A stretch of 63,457 nucleotides of DNA, counting the filler, from Saprolegnia diclina VS20 (lineage: Eukaryota): the NCBI RefSeq assembly GCF_000281045.1. It is 9 parts of 3 records of this genome, joined end to end, with 100 filler letters (N's around TTAATTAATTAA, not from the genome) between each part and the next. Parts side by side here need not be neighbours in the genome. Positions count along the whole stretch, not along the records: positions 15,655 to 22,645 come from NW_008246076.1; positions 22,746 to 37,623 come from NW_008246076.1; 7 more parts are not named here. The stretch is one strand, 5' to 3'. Each line of letters opens with the position of its first letter. Position 1 is the first letter of the stretch. Made by a program: the position numbers and the translations under genes. Below the pieces are notes generated by a model. The model was not told the origin of the DNA. It made no database searches and worked only from the letters and a program-made list of their open reading frames with translations. This document shows, piece by piece, positions 20,700-32,006 of this stretch.

Positions 20700-22645
20700 T
20701 TATAGTCGGCTGATCGGGATCGCGCGCTGAAAGCGGCGACTATCGCCATCGTCGTGCGTCGTCGCAAACTCGACGAACGGTCGCGTCACGAGCCGCCACG
20801 TCTTGATGTCCAACACGTACCAAAGCGACTTGTGGCGCCACGCGAGGAGCCCGGTCATGATGGCCGACGTCGTATCGAGAAAGTACTCGTTGCCGAATTT
20901 CCAGCGGTCCAGGCGAAGCATATAAATGCTATGCGCATTGAGCGCCGCCGACACGAGCTCGATCGGGGCCAGTTGTGGCCAGCGCCAGCGGTCCAGCGCA
21001 AAACAGCCAAGAATGCTGGCGGTTGAGAGCCCCATGAGGATGTAAACGCGATGTATGGACCCGATCGCCACGTTGGCACTGATGCAATCGACGCGATCGT
21101 CCATATTGATCGCGTTGCAGCGCCGCGCAACGTGAAACACGGGCGATACAGGCAAGAGAAACGTGGAGATGGCCCCGATCGTCAACGCGGCATTGGCACT
21201 TTTGAACGCATATGTGGACGTATACTGCAGCGTGAAGCAACTCAAAACGTCATTGAGTACATAGACGAGCCACGTGACCTCGGCTGCGGCCAGAACCGTC
21301 TTGTACCAAGGAAGTGGTGGTGAGATGGCGTAGGTCACCGCGCCGGCACCGCGTACAAGCGTGAGTGGCGCCGTGTTGAGCAGCACGAGAGCCGTGATGC
21401 TGCGCAATAGCAAGAGCGGGCGGCCAACCCAGACGAGGCCCACGAGCCGGTTGACGCACAAGAGGTTGAAGCCTTCCACCTGCCCGCGCGACACGACGAG
21501 CGTATGGCACGCGCCCAGACCAACCACACCAATGAGCACAAGGGTGACATACAGACAACCGAGCTGAAGTAGCCACGTAAACGTCCACGGTACGGCGATC
21601 GGGCTTGGCGGCATGGCCAAGAGCGGGCTCACCGAGGACAATAATGTCATCTCGCCGGCGTCGCCAAGAAAACGCACCACTTCGCGTCGACCCGTGGCCC
21701 ATTCGTACAGAAAATGGTAGCCATAGAAGGACCACGCCATGTCGCTGCGCGGAAAGAGAGCCGTGGTAAAGAGAGAAAGATCGTGTGTCGCCGACGTCAC
21801 AAACTGCACCGCGCTCACGTTGAGCGCTTGGACATCTGCAAACGCGGCGACAGCCGCCGCTGTTGCTTCGGTAAACACACCAGCCTGCGTCTGAGTTACG
21901 TAGGTCCAAAAGGCAACGTGGTCGGCGGCGCAACTCGGTGACGCGAGCGTGTCGAGCGCGCAAATGCGGTTGAAATTCACAGTGTGGGCGTAAATTGCGT
22001 GCATACCGAGGATCGAAGTGACGACGTGGCGTGCGGTTGGGTACAAGAGCTCCAACTGCAAGCTATGGCACAGCTTGTCGGCGCCAAACCCCCCGTACAG
22101 GCCGCCGTACGACGGGTACGGCGCGACGTCGTTGCCACAAAAAATGTTGCCGCACGTGACATGGGCGGTTCCATTTGCCAGCAGCGCGGGGGGTATCTGC
22201 TGGAGGACGTCCCGCACTCGCAACTCTGAGAACGCCGCAGCATCGACATGCAGAACGTGGGCCAGCGCGGTGGCAGCCCGCTTGACAAAGAATGTAGCCG
22301 ATGCCGGGCACGGTATCACAAACATATCGATGCTGTTGAAGGGCCCGACGGCCGACGCAACGAGCTGCAACCCCAACGAGAGAGGACTCGGCAACGTCCG
22401 ATTCTCCGTCAGCACAGACATACTCGACCAGTTGGCAAAAGCAAATTGGGGACTCGACCGGAGCAAACTACAGCCGCCAATGGTTGTGGTATTCGTCGCA
22501 CCGATGGCCCAGAGATCACTTGCGAATGACCAGTACATGCGAAACGACGTCTCTTGATCGCGGTGCGTCGTCGGAGCAATGTGCCCGAGCGGCAGCGCGT
22601 ACGTCATACCCAAAGCATTTGTGATGGTAAACCCGTCGCTCCACC
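20700..22645 (-). CDS. Multi-pass membrane protein of an expanded oomycete family, C-terminal part (5' in gap)
   Basis: 637-aa ORF with several TM segments and motifs RGQVEGFNL..NRLVGLVWVGRPLLLLRS and LDIKTWR. Confidence 0.7.
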
Positions 22646-23995
22646 NNNNNNNNNNNNNNNNNNNNNNNNNNNNNNNNNNNNNNNNNNNNTTAATTAATTA
22701 ANNNNNNNNNNNNNNNNNNNNNNNNNNNNNNNNNNNNNNNNNNNNAGCATGTGGCTGCGACATACCGCGCCAGACGAACGCTTGGATGGGCGAGCGCCTT
22801 CGTTCGCCTACGTCCAAGCATGAGTTCCAAGGCGTCGACGATCATGCGTACGTCTAGCAGCCGCTTCCGGGTCCGACCCATGTGTGCTCGTGCTTCCTTG
22901 GTCCGGAATGCGTTCGATGCGATGATGCCATTGGCTTTTATAAAGCGCTCAATTTGAAAAAGAACCAATCAAATGCCGCAGAAGGATTGCTGCTCCCACC
23001 AGACCATGCCATGCACCACATCAGTGTGGTTGCACTCGTACTACAAACTAGCACTGTACCGGTAGCAGCGGCGCTATCCTCACACAAGACCATTCAACCT
23101 CGTCATCATATTCGGCTGTGGTATTGCGACAAGCTTAGCGAAGAGGAGGAGCCAAGTCGGCAATAATAATGGTCAACGCTTTCCGTCGCTGCTTTCGGGA
23201 ACATTGACAACGCCGTGAAAGCGCGAGACTACGATGGACGTTCGGCCTCATTTGGTTTTGTATGTCGCACGGGGCTGCTGCTAGTCGAGGACGACTACGA
23301 CAGTGATGCGATTGTACTCTGATGTAGCGCTTATGGAGCCGGAGGTGACATTGCGCGACTCGCCGACGTCACCGCGCTGGAATCACAAGCGTAAATGTGC
23401 TGCGCGCCAAGGAGCCTGTGCTGTAACAATGAGTGCGCTCGACGATTTGTCACCTCGACTGTTTATCGCGCTATGAGCATCGAGTACATCGAGTTCATTG
23501 TGAACCAAACGGGGCGCTTTGGTTCGAGTTGCGAATGTCCAAGGCCATAAAATTTCCTGGCCTTGGTATGCTGATGATTCTGATTGCAAATTCGTACAAC
23601 CCTGGGCGGTAGAGCTCTAGAGCTCGACGCTCTGAGAGCTCGAGCTACCGCAAGCTCCAGTCGCGCAATCGACGAATTGAGTCGCGACTTTCCTCAAGGG
23701 CATTCGGCCCACCCGACCTGTTGTGGCAACGAGTCGTGGAAGCGGTCGTGTGCTTCGAATACTGATTTGTTGAATACTGGTTTGTCGTCGACCAAAGACA
23801 ACATGGCGTCGGGTCGGTGACAGCAACCACCAAAGAGTGCACAATCTCAACACAATGACGGCCCCGCGCCAGAAGCCATTGGCGTAGCTATTGCATGGCG
23901 TAGCTGCACAGTGGGGAAAAGGAATATCAAGAAACATGTAAATTTCGTCGTACTACTATGCAATATGGAGGCTCCAAAAGGATGGCCGTGGGAAG

Positions 23996-26900
23996 TTATA
24001 TGCCCATGCAGAGGCGGTCAATCGTGCGTCCGAGGTCGTCCAAGTCGTGGTTGTATGAGGTTGGGATATCTTTGCACTTGAAATGGCCGTACTGCTCCAC
24101 GAGCGCGTCTTGGTACTTCGCAAAAACGTACTCGCGCAGCGGCAACCGCTGCGTCACAGTTGGGACAGCCCAGCCCGGGAACGCAGTGTCGAATTCCTTG
24201 AAGGGAGTGACCTTGCCGTCGCTGAAATGAATGGTATTGTCGTCGACGACGCTTGTGGCGCAGCTCTCAGCGACGAGGATAGCGGAGCCGGACCAACTCA
24301 CGCCCACCAAGCCGGCCGGTTGATGGTACGTGTCGTGGAGCTTGTCGTCTTCGAAGCTGGAATGGCCCAACGCCTTGGTACACGGGCAGCTGCAGTGGGG
24401 GCACGGCTTGCCACAGCGCGGGATGACACCGCTAGATGCACCAAAGGACTCGTCGCAGATGAGCTCGAGCACTTTGGTCGCCATGGAAGTGCTGACGCCC
24501 GTCGATGCACGCAGCTGGGCCTTGTGCGTATCGATGCTCTGAAGCACGGCGTTAAGGACGCTGGGCTTGGAGCTGCTCGTGAAGATGCCCGGGCCTTGCT
24601 CGTCGCAGTTCATCACGTCGTTGTCGGCCTTGGGTAGGTTCTCAACAAGTACGCTCGTACCGCTGAGCTTGAGCCGGTCTTGGAGCGCAAGTCGGATCTC
24701 ATGCACGAAACGCTCGCTGCGGCGCGTGTTGACCTTGCCTGCAATGGCTGCCGCGACAACAATGCTTTCCTTGACGTTGTCGACGATGGCCTCGGCCATG
24801 CGATCATGGCACTCTTGTACTTTGGCCAAAATGAGCTCCGTCTTGACTTCAGCCCCATGCGCCAGTGGATTTTGGATCGCACTGAGGACGCGGGTCGTGG
24901 AGCCAGCTCGCACGCGCTTCAAAAGGTCCTTGTCCAGGAAGGCTTGCATGGCTTGCGCGTCTTGGACCCAGCGTTGGCTCTTGAGGCTCGTCGCGACTTC
25001 GCTGACGAGCTGCTCTTCGAACGCCTCGTGAAGGTGGTGCTGGAGCCACCCATCGAGCGTCACGATGAGGAGGCCCGCGGCTTTGTGGCCCTTGCAGATG
25101 TTCTCGGCAAACGCCTTCATGCTCGGCTTGCACGCGGCAAACTTGGTGACGACGCTGTTGTTGAGGTCCCAGCGCATCTGAATCTTGATCAACTTGTCAA
25201 CGAGGCCGCGGTAGAGCGCAGCGAGCGCCGTCGAAACGAGTGATGCGGGCACTTCTTTGAAGATCAACATCTTGACCTTGATCATCACGTTGAGCACGAC
25301 GTCGTCAAGGTACCGCGGGACGTTGGCCAGCTCGGCGTTCAAGATATCGTTGATCGCGTCGATCACAGCGTCCTTGGGGCTCATTTGCTTGGTGCCCTTG
25401 AACCACTCGACAACTTGGTTGCCCCACCACACCTTGGGCCCAATGTCTCGCGTCCGAACCTTGCCCTCCAAGATCTTCCGCAGCTCAACACGCTGGTCGA
25501 GCGAGAACACATCGTTGTTGAAGACGATTTCCTCGACCCGGTGGCGCACATCCAGCGGTGGGTGCTCGAGCTTGATGCGACCGAGCATGTCGGCAAAGAT
25601 CGAGTCAAACGAGAGCTTTGCCGTTTCAATGTCACCCTGCTGCTCGATGCGGCGCGTGAGCTTATCTTGCAGCTCGCTCTTGTAGCGCTTGACGTGCGAC
25701 TCGAAGAGAAAGACGTGGTCGACCTTGTCCTGGACGAGCCGCTTCGAGTGCTCGGCTTGGTTGTGCTTCAGGTCGACCCACTTGCGCTCGAGCGTTGCCT
25801 TCCACTGCGCAAACTTCTCCTGCGAGAGGTCGGCGTGCACCTTGACGTCGAGCGTCACAACTGCGTCGACGACTTGGCCATCGAGGAAGAGCGCGTACTT
25901 CGTACTGCCGGGCTCAAATAGCACACCGTTGGCGTCGTCGTCGCAAATGCGCTTGAGGATGTCGTCGAACGCCGTCGAGTATAGCTTGGCGAGCTCCCGC
26001 GTGTGCTCGGTCATGCGCCGCATCAAGTTCTCGTACGCCACTTGCTCATGGGCCGCCGAAAAGTTGAGCTGGAAGTTGGCCGTGCCGATGCAGGTCCAGA
26101 CACGCAGAAGCGCCTCGTTGAACTCGTCGATCGTGCGGCCGCGCCAGTCAGCGCCACGCTCCATAGCGCGGGCGTTGATGTGGTCCCAAAACCGAAGAAG
26201 GTTGCCACCGTACGCGGCCTCGGGCGTGTCGAGCGGCGGCCCGCTCGATCCGTGCGTCGTACCAAAGAAGCGCACGTCGCATCCGTCCATGTTGGAGATG
26301 TCGGCACGGAAGTCGCGAAAGTACTCGACGGACGACGCAACCGACGGTGCGCCTTCGAGGCTGATCTCGTTGGCACGAATCTCGGCGATCTTGGCTGCGT
26401 TCTCGCGGAGGTCCTTCATGAGTGTGTCGACGATCGTCTCCATGTTGCTCGACTGCGTCAAGTCGATCTGGTTGAACGCAAAGAAGAGGTTGGCCGTGAG
26501 GTAGCTACCGTACTGCTCTGCGAGCTCGGACCCGAGGAAGACCGAGAGCACAATCGGGAGGATCTCGCTGATCGTGACCGTCGACTCGCCTTTGGTCAAG
26601 ATGATGGTGGCGTCGGATGGCAAGATGGCCAGCGTCGCCATGCGGTTGTCACGCCACGCACTGCCGTCCATGCCAACGTACTCGGGCGACCGAATGCCTT
26701 CCGTGTCAAGCAGCAGAACGTAGTCGTACGCAGCCGAGCCATCGACCTTGAGCAGCTGGATGTTGAGGCCGCGCGTGCACCGCGAGACGGACGTGCGCAA
26801 GCGGACGCCAAACATGTAGTTGAGCAGCGTCGACTTGCCGGCCGACTGGACGCCCATGATCGAGAGCACAAAGATGCGCGTGCGCTTGGGCAGTTGATCG

Positions 26901-29900
26901 CCGAGCTGGTTGAAGACGGCGCGGATCCATGTGATGTTGACCATGGCCGCGTCACCGTCCATGAGCTCGAGCGGAAAGCCATCGAGAAGGTGCTGCGCTG
27001 CGAGCCGAGGCAGACGCCGGTACTTGTTGGGGTCGGATCTAAAGATGTGCGAGAGCTCGCGCCAGAGATGCTCGATGCCCGTGACCATCATGCTCCACAT
27101 CTCTAGCGCTGCCGCGTACGCCTTGCGGTTTTTGGCGCTTCCGTGCTTGTTGAACGCGTCCCGCGCAAGTCGGTACTGGTCCCGTGCCGACTGGCTGATC
27201 GCCTCGCAGCTCGTGGCAAGGCGTCGTTCGAGGTCGATGAGCATCATCTCGCGGTTCGCTGCATGCGGCTGCTCGAGCACGCGCAAAAAGTACGAGAGGA
27301 GTGGGTTGGACTTGACGACGCGTACCTTGGCCGCGTGCTGGTCTTTGAGCTTTCGAATATTCTGCGTGAGCACTTGGCGGTCGGGTACGTTGATCTCACG
27401 CTCGAGCTTGATCTGGAATTGGGCCTCCTGGGCGAAGAGCAGCTGGAGCTGGAACGTCTCGCGGCGCAACGTTGCAAAGTTGGTGCGCTCGAGTGCATTT
27501 GTTGCCGTCGGTGGGACAACGTCGCTCGGTAAAAGAAGCGTCGGCAGAGAAATGTCGGCAACCGCGCACCGAGCATTGGGCGGCGCCGTCTCGTCCAAGA
27601 TGTAGTCGGTGATACGACCATGGGACGTTGAATTCGCGCAGTTCATGGCGAGCGTAAAGACGTCGTCCGACTTGCCGTCAATCGCCTCGTCGTCTTCGTC
27701 TTCGTTGGCGTTGCGCCAGTGCACAACACAGCCGTGCGACAAGGCCACGGCCACATCCTCGTCGTCGGCGTTGCCAACGTCGACAATGGCCGCGTCCGCA
27801 AATGCTCGAATGAAGGGCACGAGTGGCTTGTAGTTGCCGACGACATGCAGCACCATGACGGGCGTAAACTCGGCGTTGCGCTTGACAAAGCCCCATCCGA
27901 GCTCCGCGACGGTCGCCGATGTTACGTGATTGCCGTGGTTGCGGTCGAGGCAGTGCATCGAGTCGACGTGGAAGATGCCCTTGATCCAGTCTTTGGTCAC
28001 ACTGCTCTTGGTCGGACGCTCCGAAAGAACGGCGACGCGCGTGATGGACGTATCGCGCATCAACGAAGCATGTTGACTCCCAATGAACGTCTCGATGAGA
28101 CCAAGTGGCGTGGCCTCCGACCGAAAAAGGCCGGTTTCCGATGGCACGAGGTATGGCACAAGGAGGCGGCGGTCGAGCATCAGACGAAATACCTCGGCGC
28201 GCGCGGTGGGCGTCAACGGCCCAGTGAGATCCAGCAGTGCATCAAGCATCACTGACCGCGCGGACTCGCCCGTCGTCGCCGATGACTTGGCCTTGGCACC
28301 GCGCACGGCGCGTGTGGCCGCGGGCTTGGCAGCACCGCCTTGGGCAACGAAAAGCTCTTTCTCGAGACCCAGGCGGTGCTTGAGCGTGTGCCAGATGCGC
28401 TCTCGCGGGTCGTTCGTCACATTTGACCGCGGCGTGACGCGAACGAGATGACTGAGCGGCCGACCCTCTGGCGTCGTAGGCTTGGCGGAAAACGGCGACG
28501 GATCCGGCGCCTCTTCATCGCCGCTTTCGTCGACAACTTCCTCGACACTGAACGCGCTTTGGAGCTCGCTCACCAACGACTCGATATGCTCTTTTGTGAG
28601 GTCGTTGGCGAAGCCTTCGGGGTAGCAGCCGTATCGCTGCGCAATGTTCCAGTACGCCTGGTGCTTGGGTGTTCTGCCGGACTCTAAATTCTTGACAAGG
28701 AATGCGCCGAGTCGGACCTGGAGCTGGCGCAAGGCGGGCACGACCACATCCAAGTACGGGCGACAGAGCTCTTCGACGGCCTCGGGTAACGTCCCGACTT
28801 CGACACTCGGTGGCTCCCACACTGCCCCCGTCGTCTCGGGCGCTGTGAGAGCGCGCGACCGCTTGAGCGAATCGGAGAACGCCGTGTCGAGCTTCACAAC
28901 CGGCGTGGCGTACGCAAGCTTGGGCTCGATCACATGGAAAAAGACGTCGCTGAGGCGCTGCAGCGTAACAGGCGACGCAGTGTTTGCCGCGGCTGTAAGC
29001 GCACGCTGCATCTCGGGCTTGCGCAAGTGCTTGGCCGTGAGCTCCAGGTCAAACTCGCTGTCGAGACGCGCAAGAAAGAGGCAAAAGTCGAGCACCATTT
29101 CGCCATGGCCATTGCTGCCGTGTTGAAGCGCCGCCACAATGCCTTGCGCGTGCCGATCAGCGAGGTGCGACGCCGCCGTTGCATCCGCCACCTTCTCGTG
29201 CAGGATCTCGGACCCGACAGACGGGTCACACAGCCACGCGTTCACACGCGCACGCTCCATGACCTTGCGCACGCACGGTACTGCACTCAACGCTTGCGCG
29301 GACGTGAGCCACATCTTGCGGATGAGGTCGGCCGCAATCGCGCAGTCAGGAATCTCGGCGAGGAGGTCCCAGACGCCAATGAGCGCTTGAGATGACGCCG
29401 GGCGGTCAATGACGCGCCACGTTCGGTTGCTCGCATGCAGCTTGTCGCAGAAGATGGTGAAGCTTGGTGCATGAGGACCCGTGTGCTCGAGGCGCGTCTC
29501 AATGTCGCATTGACGGGCTTCCTTCTTCGAGCCGGACGCATCCGCACTGGCCTCAAACGTGCCACGGCGAACGTCAATGCCGACGCCGTACCCAAACGCA
29601 CCGTACTCGGCCGAGAGATGCGACGATGCGTGCTTGCGGCAGGCTTCGGTCATCTCGCGAACGATAGTGGCCTCCTTCGTGCGCATCTCGGTCGTCTTCC
29701 AGTAGATGCCGCCGAGGTGGTAGTTGCCGCTCGAGACGTGCGAGCCATAGTCCTCGAGAAAGTACGCCGCCGCCGTGGACGCCGTCACGTTTTTCGCATC
29801 GTTGATCGCCTCGTCCGTAAGGCGCATCGACGGACGGTCGAGCCGGAACGACTTGACCGGCACAAAGGCGTACGTGACGTGCGCAACCGACGTCGTCATT

Positions 29901-30517
29901 GCCGCCGACGTCGTCGAGTTGCGACTCTCTGCGCTGGACCCCGAGTTGTGACCAGCGCTACCACCAAAGAAGCCGTAGGAGCCCGTGGCGTCAAGGCCAA
30001 ACGACTTGCCGCACGATTGCACCGTGGTGCGGAAGGTCGTCGCGGCCTCGGCGCTTGCAAACTGCTCGTAGGCCGTGATCGTGTTGGCAATCGGACCGTT
30101 GAGTTTGCACTCTGCTGGTGGCTGCAACAGTGGTTTTTCCGCGCGCTGGACCAAGTCGTTGCCCGAGACACCAAAGCGAACGCCGTAGAGGACGGCGCCA
30201 CCACTCGCGTGGGTGATCACCTCTTTGTCCGAAAAGTCGGGCTCAGGCTCCGATGACGTGAGCGCATCGTCAAGGATCGTGGTGAGAACTGGGAGGCGCT
30301 CAAAGAGGCTGGACGAGTCCGCGAGCTTGTCGTCGTCGATGGTCCACTTCACCAAACCGAGCTTGGTCGTGAGTACATTGAGGCGATCGACGGCGGCGGG
30401 AATTGACGCCTCGTCGTTCGAGTTGAGCGCATTCTGAAGCTCGCGCGACGCGGCTCGCGCCTCGGACAAGTCGACAACGAGCTGCGACAACTCGGGCGTT
30501 GTTGTAGGTACCCCCAT
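23996..30517 (-). CDS. Very large inducible GTPase (VLIG/GVIN1/URGCP-like) with N-terminal MACPF-like region, ~2170 aa, intronless
   Basis: G1 GVQSAGKSTLLN, G2 RCTRG, G3 LLDTEG, DNRMATL, G4-like NQID; C-terminal CGKPCPHCSCPC..H..H..H; N-terminal FLEDYGSHVSSGNYHLGGIYW resembles the MACPF signature. First in-frame ATG at 30517. Confidence 0.85.
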   Translation of the reverse strand: MGVPTTTPELSQLVVDLSEARAASRELQNALNSNDEASIPAAVDRLNVLTTKLGLVKWTIDDDKLADSSSLFERLPVLTTILDDALTSSEPEPDFSDKEVITHASGGAVLYGVRFGVSGNDLVQRAEKPLLQPPAECKLNGPIANTITAYEQFASAEAATTFRTTVQSCGKSFGLDATGSYGFFGGSAGHNSGSSAESRNSTTSAAMTTSVAHVTYAFVPVKSFRLDRPSMRLTDEAINDAKNVTASTAAAYFLEDYGSHVSSGNYHLGGIYWKTTEMRTKEATIVREMTEACRKHASSHLSAEYGAFGYGVGIDVRRGTFEASADASGSKKEARQCDIETRLEHTGPHAPSFTIFCDKLHASNRTWRVIDRPASSQALIGVWDLLAEIPDCAIAADLIRKMWLTSAQALSAVPCVRKVMERARVNAWLCDPSVGSEILHEKVADATAASHLADRHAQGIVAALQHGSNGHGEMVLDFCLFLARLDSEFDLELTAKHLRKPEMQRALTAAANTASPVTLQRLSDVFFHVIEPKLAYATPVVKLDTAFSDSLKRSRALTAPETTGAVWEPPSVEVGTLPEAVEELCRPYLDVVVPALRQLQVRLGAFLVKNLESGRTPKHQAYWNIAQRYGCYPEGFANDLTKEHIESLVSELQSAFSVEEVVDESGDEEAPDPSPFSAKPTTPEGRPLSHLVRVTPRSNVTNDPRERIWHTLKHRLGLEKELFVAQGGAAKPAATRAVRGAKAKSSATTGESARSVMLDALLDLTGPLTPTARAEVFRLMLDRRLLVPYLVPSETGLFRSEATPLGLIETFIGSQHASLMRDTSITRVAVLSERPTKSSVTKDWIKGIFHVDSMHCLDRNHGNHVTSATVAELGWGFVKRNAEFTPVMVLHVVGNYKPLVPFIRAFADAAIVDVGNADDEDVAVALSHGCVVHWRNANEDEDDEAIDGKSDDVFTLAMNCANSTSHGRITDYILDETAPPNARCAVADISLPTLLLPSDVVPPTATNALERTNFATLRRETFQLQLLFAQEAQFQIKLEREINVPDRQVLTQNIRKLKDQHAAKVRVVKSNPLLSYFLRVLEQPHAANREMMLIDLERRLATSCEAISQSARDQYRLARDAFNKHGSAKNRKAYAAALEMWSMMVTGIEHLWRELSHIFRSDPNKYRRLPRLAAQHLLDGFPLELMDGDAAMVNITWIRAVFNQLGDQLPKRTRIFVLSIMGVQSAGKSTLLNYMFGVRLRTSVSRCTRGLNIQLLKVDGSAAYDYVLLLDTEGIRSPEYVGMDGSAWRDNRMATLAILPSDATIILTKGESTVTISEILPIVLSVFLGSELAEQYGSYLTANLFFAFNQIDLTQSSNMETIVDTLMKDLRENAAKIAEIRANEISLEGAPSVASSVEYFRDFRADISNMDGCDVRFFGTTHGSSGPPLDTPEAAYGGNLLRFWDHINARAMERGADWRGRTIDEFNEALLRVWTCIGTANFQLNFSAAHEQVAYENLMRRMTEHTRELAKLYSTAFDDILKRICDDDANGVLFEPGSTKYALFLDGQVVDAVVTLDVKVHADLSQEKFAQWKATLERKWVDLKHNQAEHSKRLVQDKVDHVFLFESHVKRYKSELQDKLTRRIEQQGDIETAKLSFDSIFADMLGRIKLEHPPLDVRHRVEEIVFNNDVFSLDQRVELRKILEGKVRTRDIGPKVWWGNQVVEWFKGTKQMSPKDAVIDAINDILNAELANVPRYLDDVVLNVMIKVKMLIFKEVPASLVSTALAALYRGLVDKLIKIQMRWDLNNSVVTKFAACKPSMKAFAENICKGHKAAGLLIVTLDGWLQHHLHEAFEEQLVSEVATSLKSQRWVQDAQAMQAFLDKDLLKRVRAGSTTRVLSAIQNPLAHGAEVKTELILAKVQECHDRMAEAIVDNVKESIVVAAAIAGKVNTRRSERFVHEIRLALQDRLKLSGTSVLVENLPKADNDVMNCDEQGPGIFTSSSKPSVLNAVLQSIDTHKAQLRASTGVSTSMATKVLELICDESFGASSGVIPRCGKPCPHCSCPCTKALGHSSFEDDKLHDTYHQPAGLVGVSWSGSAILVAESCATSVVDDNTIHFSDGKVTPFKEFDTAFPGWAVPTVTQRLPLREYVFAKYQDALVEQYGHFKCKDIPTSYNHDLDDLGRTIDRLCMGI

Positions 30518-31471
30518 GCTGCTTGACTCTGATGGACGAAACGAGGCAAATTGGAAAGTGAGTGATAAGGACAGCGCCAAACTGCTCCAGCGAATGTCGA
30601 GCAAGTGTTTGCCACCTCACATGTGTTTTACCAAGGTCCATAAACAGCTGTTTACGGCCCCTCAGTATTCGAACTGCAGCCCCAGCCCCTGCTGCAGCCC
30701 CGTAGCAAGTGCAACGGTCACCCAACACTCTGAACATGCGGAAAACACTGGGTTGTTGACACATGCCAAAGTCAAGTGATATCACCATTATACATGATAG
30801 AGCGCACGACGGGTATTTTCAAACTGCAAGGCTTCATCGATTCAAGATAAGTCTACTTACTGTGCAGTATCTAGTAGCCTTTGCACGGGGTTGTCGAGTT
30901 ATGTTTTGTTTAATGCGTTTTGCTTTTATTTTACAAATATTGTATTAAAATGCATTAGACTCTAACGAATAATTCTTCTCCTTCGCCTTGACCTTGCTGG
31001 AAGAGTACCTCGCAAGCAGTGCTGTTTTGCAAGCTTGAAAGGCGGCTGGGATCGTGAAAATTTGCGCCCTTAATATGAGCTTAACCAAATCAGTTGAAGT
31101 GCGAATGACAAGAATGCTATAACTATTTAACGCAATATTTTAAACTCAGCACTGGAATTCCGTCATCCAGAAGCTGAGCTGTCACGTACCTTGAACGTGC
31201 GCAAAGTGATACTAGGCGGTCTGCGATCTTTGAATCTTTGAAAAACAGGGGATTTGAAATAGGCCCGGCATAGCTGCCGGGCATGATTGCGGCCGTTGAC
31301 AGGATACTACGCACACGCACGCAGGCACGTGTCTTTGACGATACGAAATATTGTGTCTCTCTTGCATATTGGCACCCCGCAGTGAGCTTGCGTAGTGTGA
31401 CCCCAACTTGAGCTCGCGGCGCATTGGGATACATGAGCCATATACCGTGCCAAAGTGTTCGATCCATTATC

Positions 31472-32006
31472 AGTGACACCGGTGTGCTCTGGGAGGTTCG
31501 ACTGTAGTATGTACAATACAGTACCGTGCACAAGGCCATTCACTCTGCAGCCGCGCTCAGTTCTCGTTGCACGGGGTTGTGGGGGAAGAGCGACTGGACA
31601 ACTCTTTGGAGCGACCAGCCATTTTGCCTTTTTGTCTTTGAAAGCAGTCAAGAAAGGGTGTCCTTGTTGACTTCTTTTAGTATAGCGGTTTAGACACTGG
31701 TTTACCACCAGGTAGGTCCGGGTTCAAGTCCCGAAGAGAGCACCACTTTCTGAATAAAGGCTTCAAACCGCTGGAGTAGCGCAGATTTATCGAGGTTGAA
31801 ATAAATATACCTCTTGCACGTTGTGGCTGGAAGATGTGGCCGTAACGCCCCTGCCTAGTTGGTGAAGTCTGATTGGTGCGGCGTGGTAAGGATCAGGTCG
31901 TGGCATTGAGGGCTGAGAAGAGAGTAAGAGTCGCTGAGTGCTGCGAGAGAGCAACAAGAGCTCTGTGAGCTATCAATTGTCCGGATACTGTAGTTATCCG
32001 GTCACT
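31472..32006. mobile_element. Putative LTR-like or other non-autonomous element containing a tRNA-derived segment
   Basis: Ends are inverted (AGTGACACCGG / CCGGTCACT); internal tRNA-like unit and AATAAA; TGGTGCA PBS-like string 5 nt downstream. No clean target-site duplication seen. Confidence 0.35.
31671..31745 (+). tRNA. tRNA-like sequence or pseudo-tRNA, anticodon ambiguous (TAC if 7-nt loop), encoded CCA
   Basis: A-box TAGTATAGCGG, anticodon arm CTGG-TTTACCA-CCAG, T-arm CGGG-TTCAAGT-CCCG, imperfect acceptor stem ending AGAGAGC-A-CCA. Confidence 0.65.
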
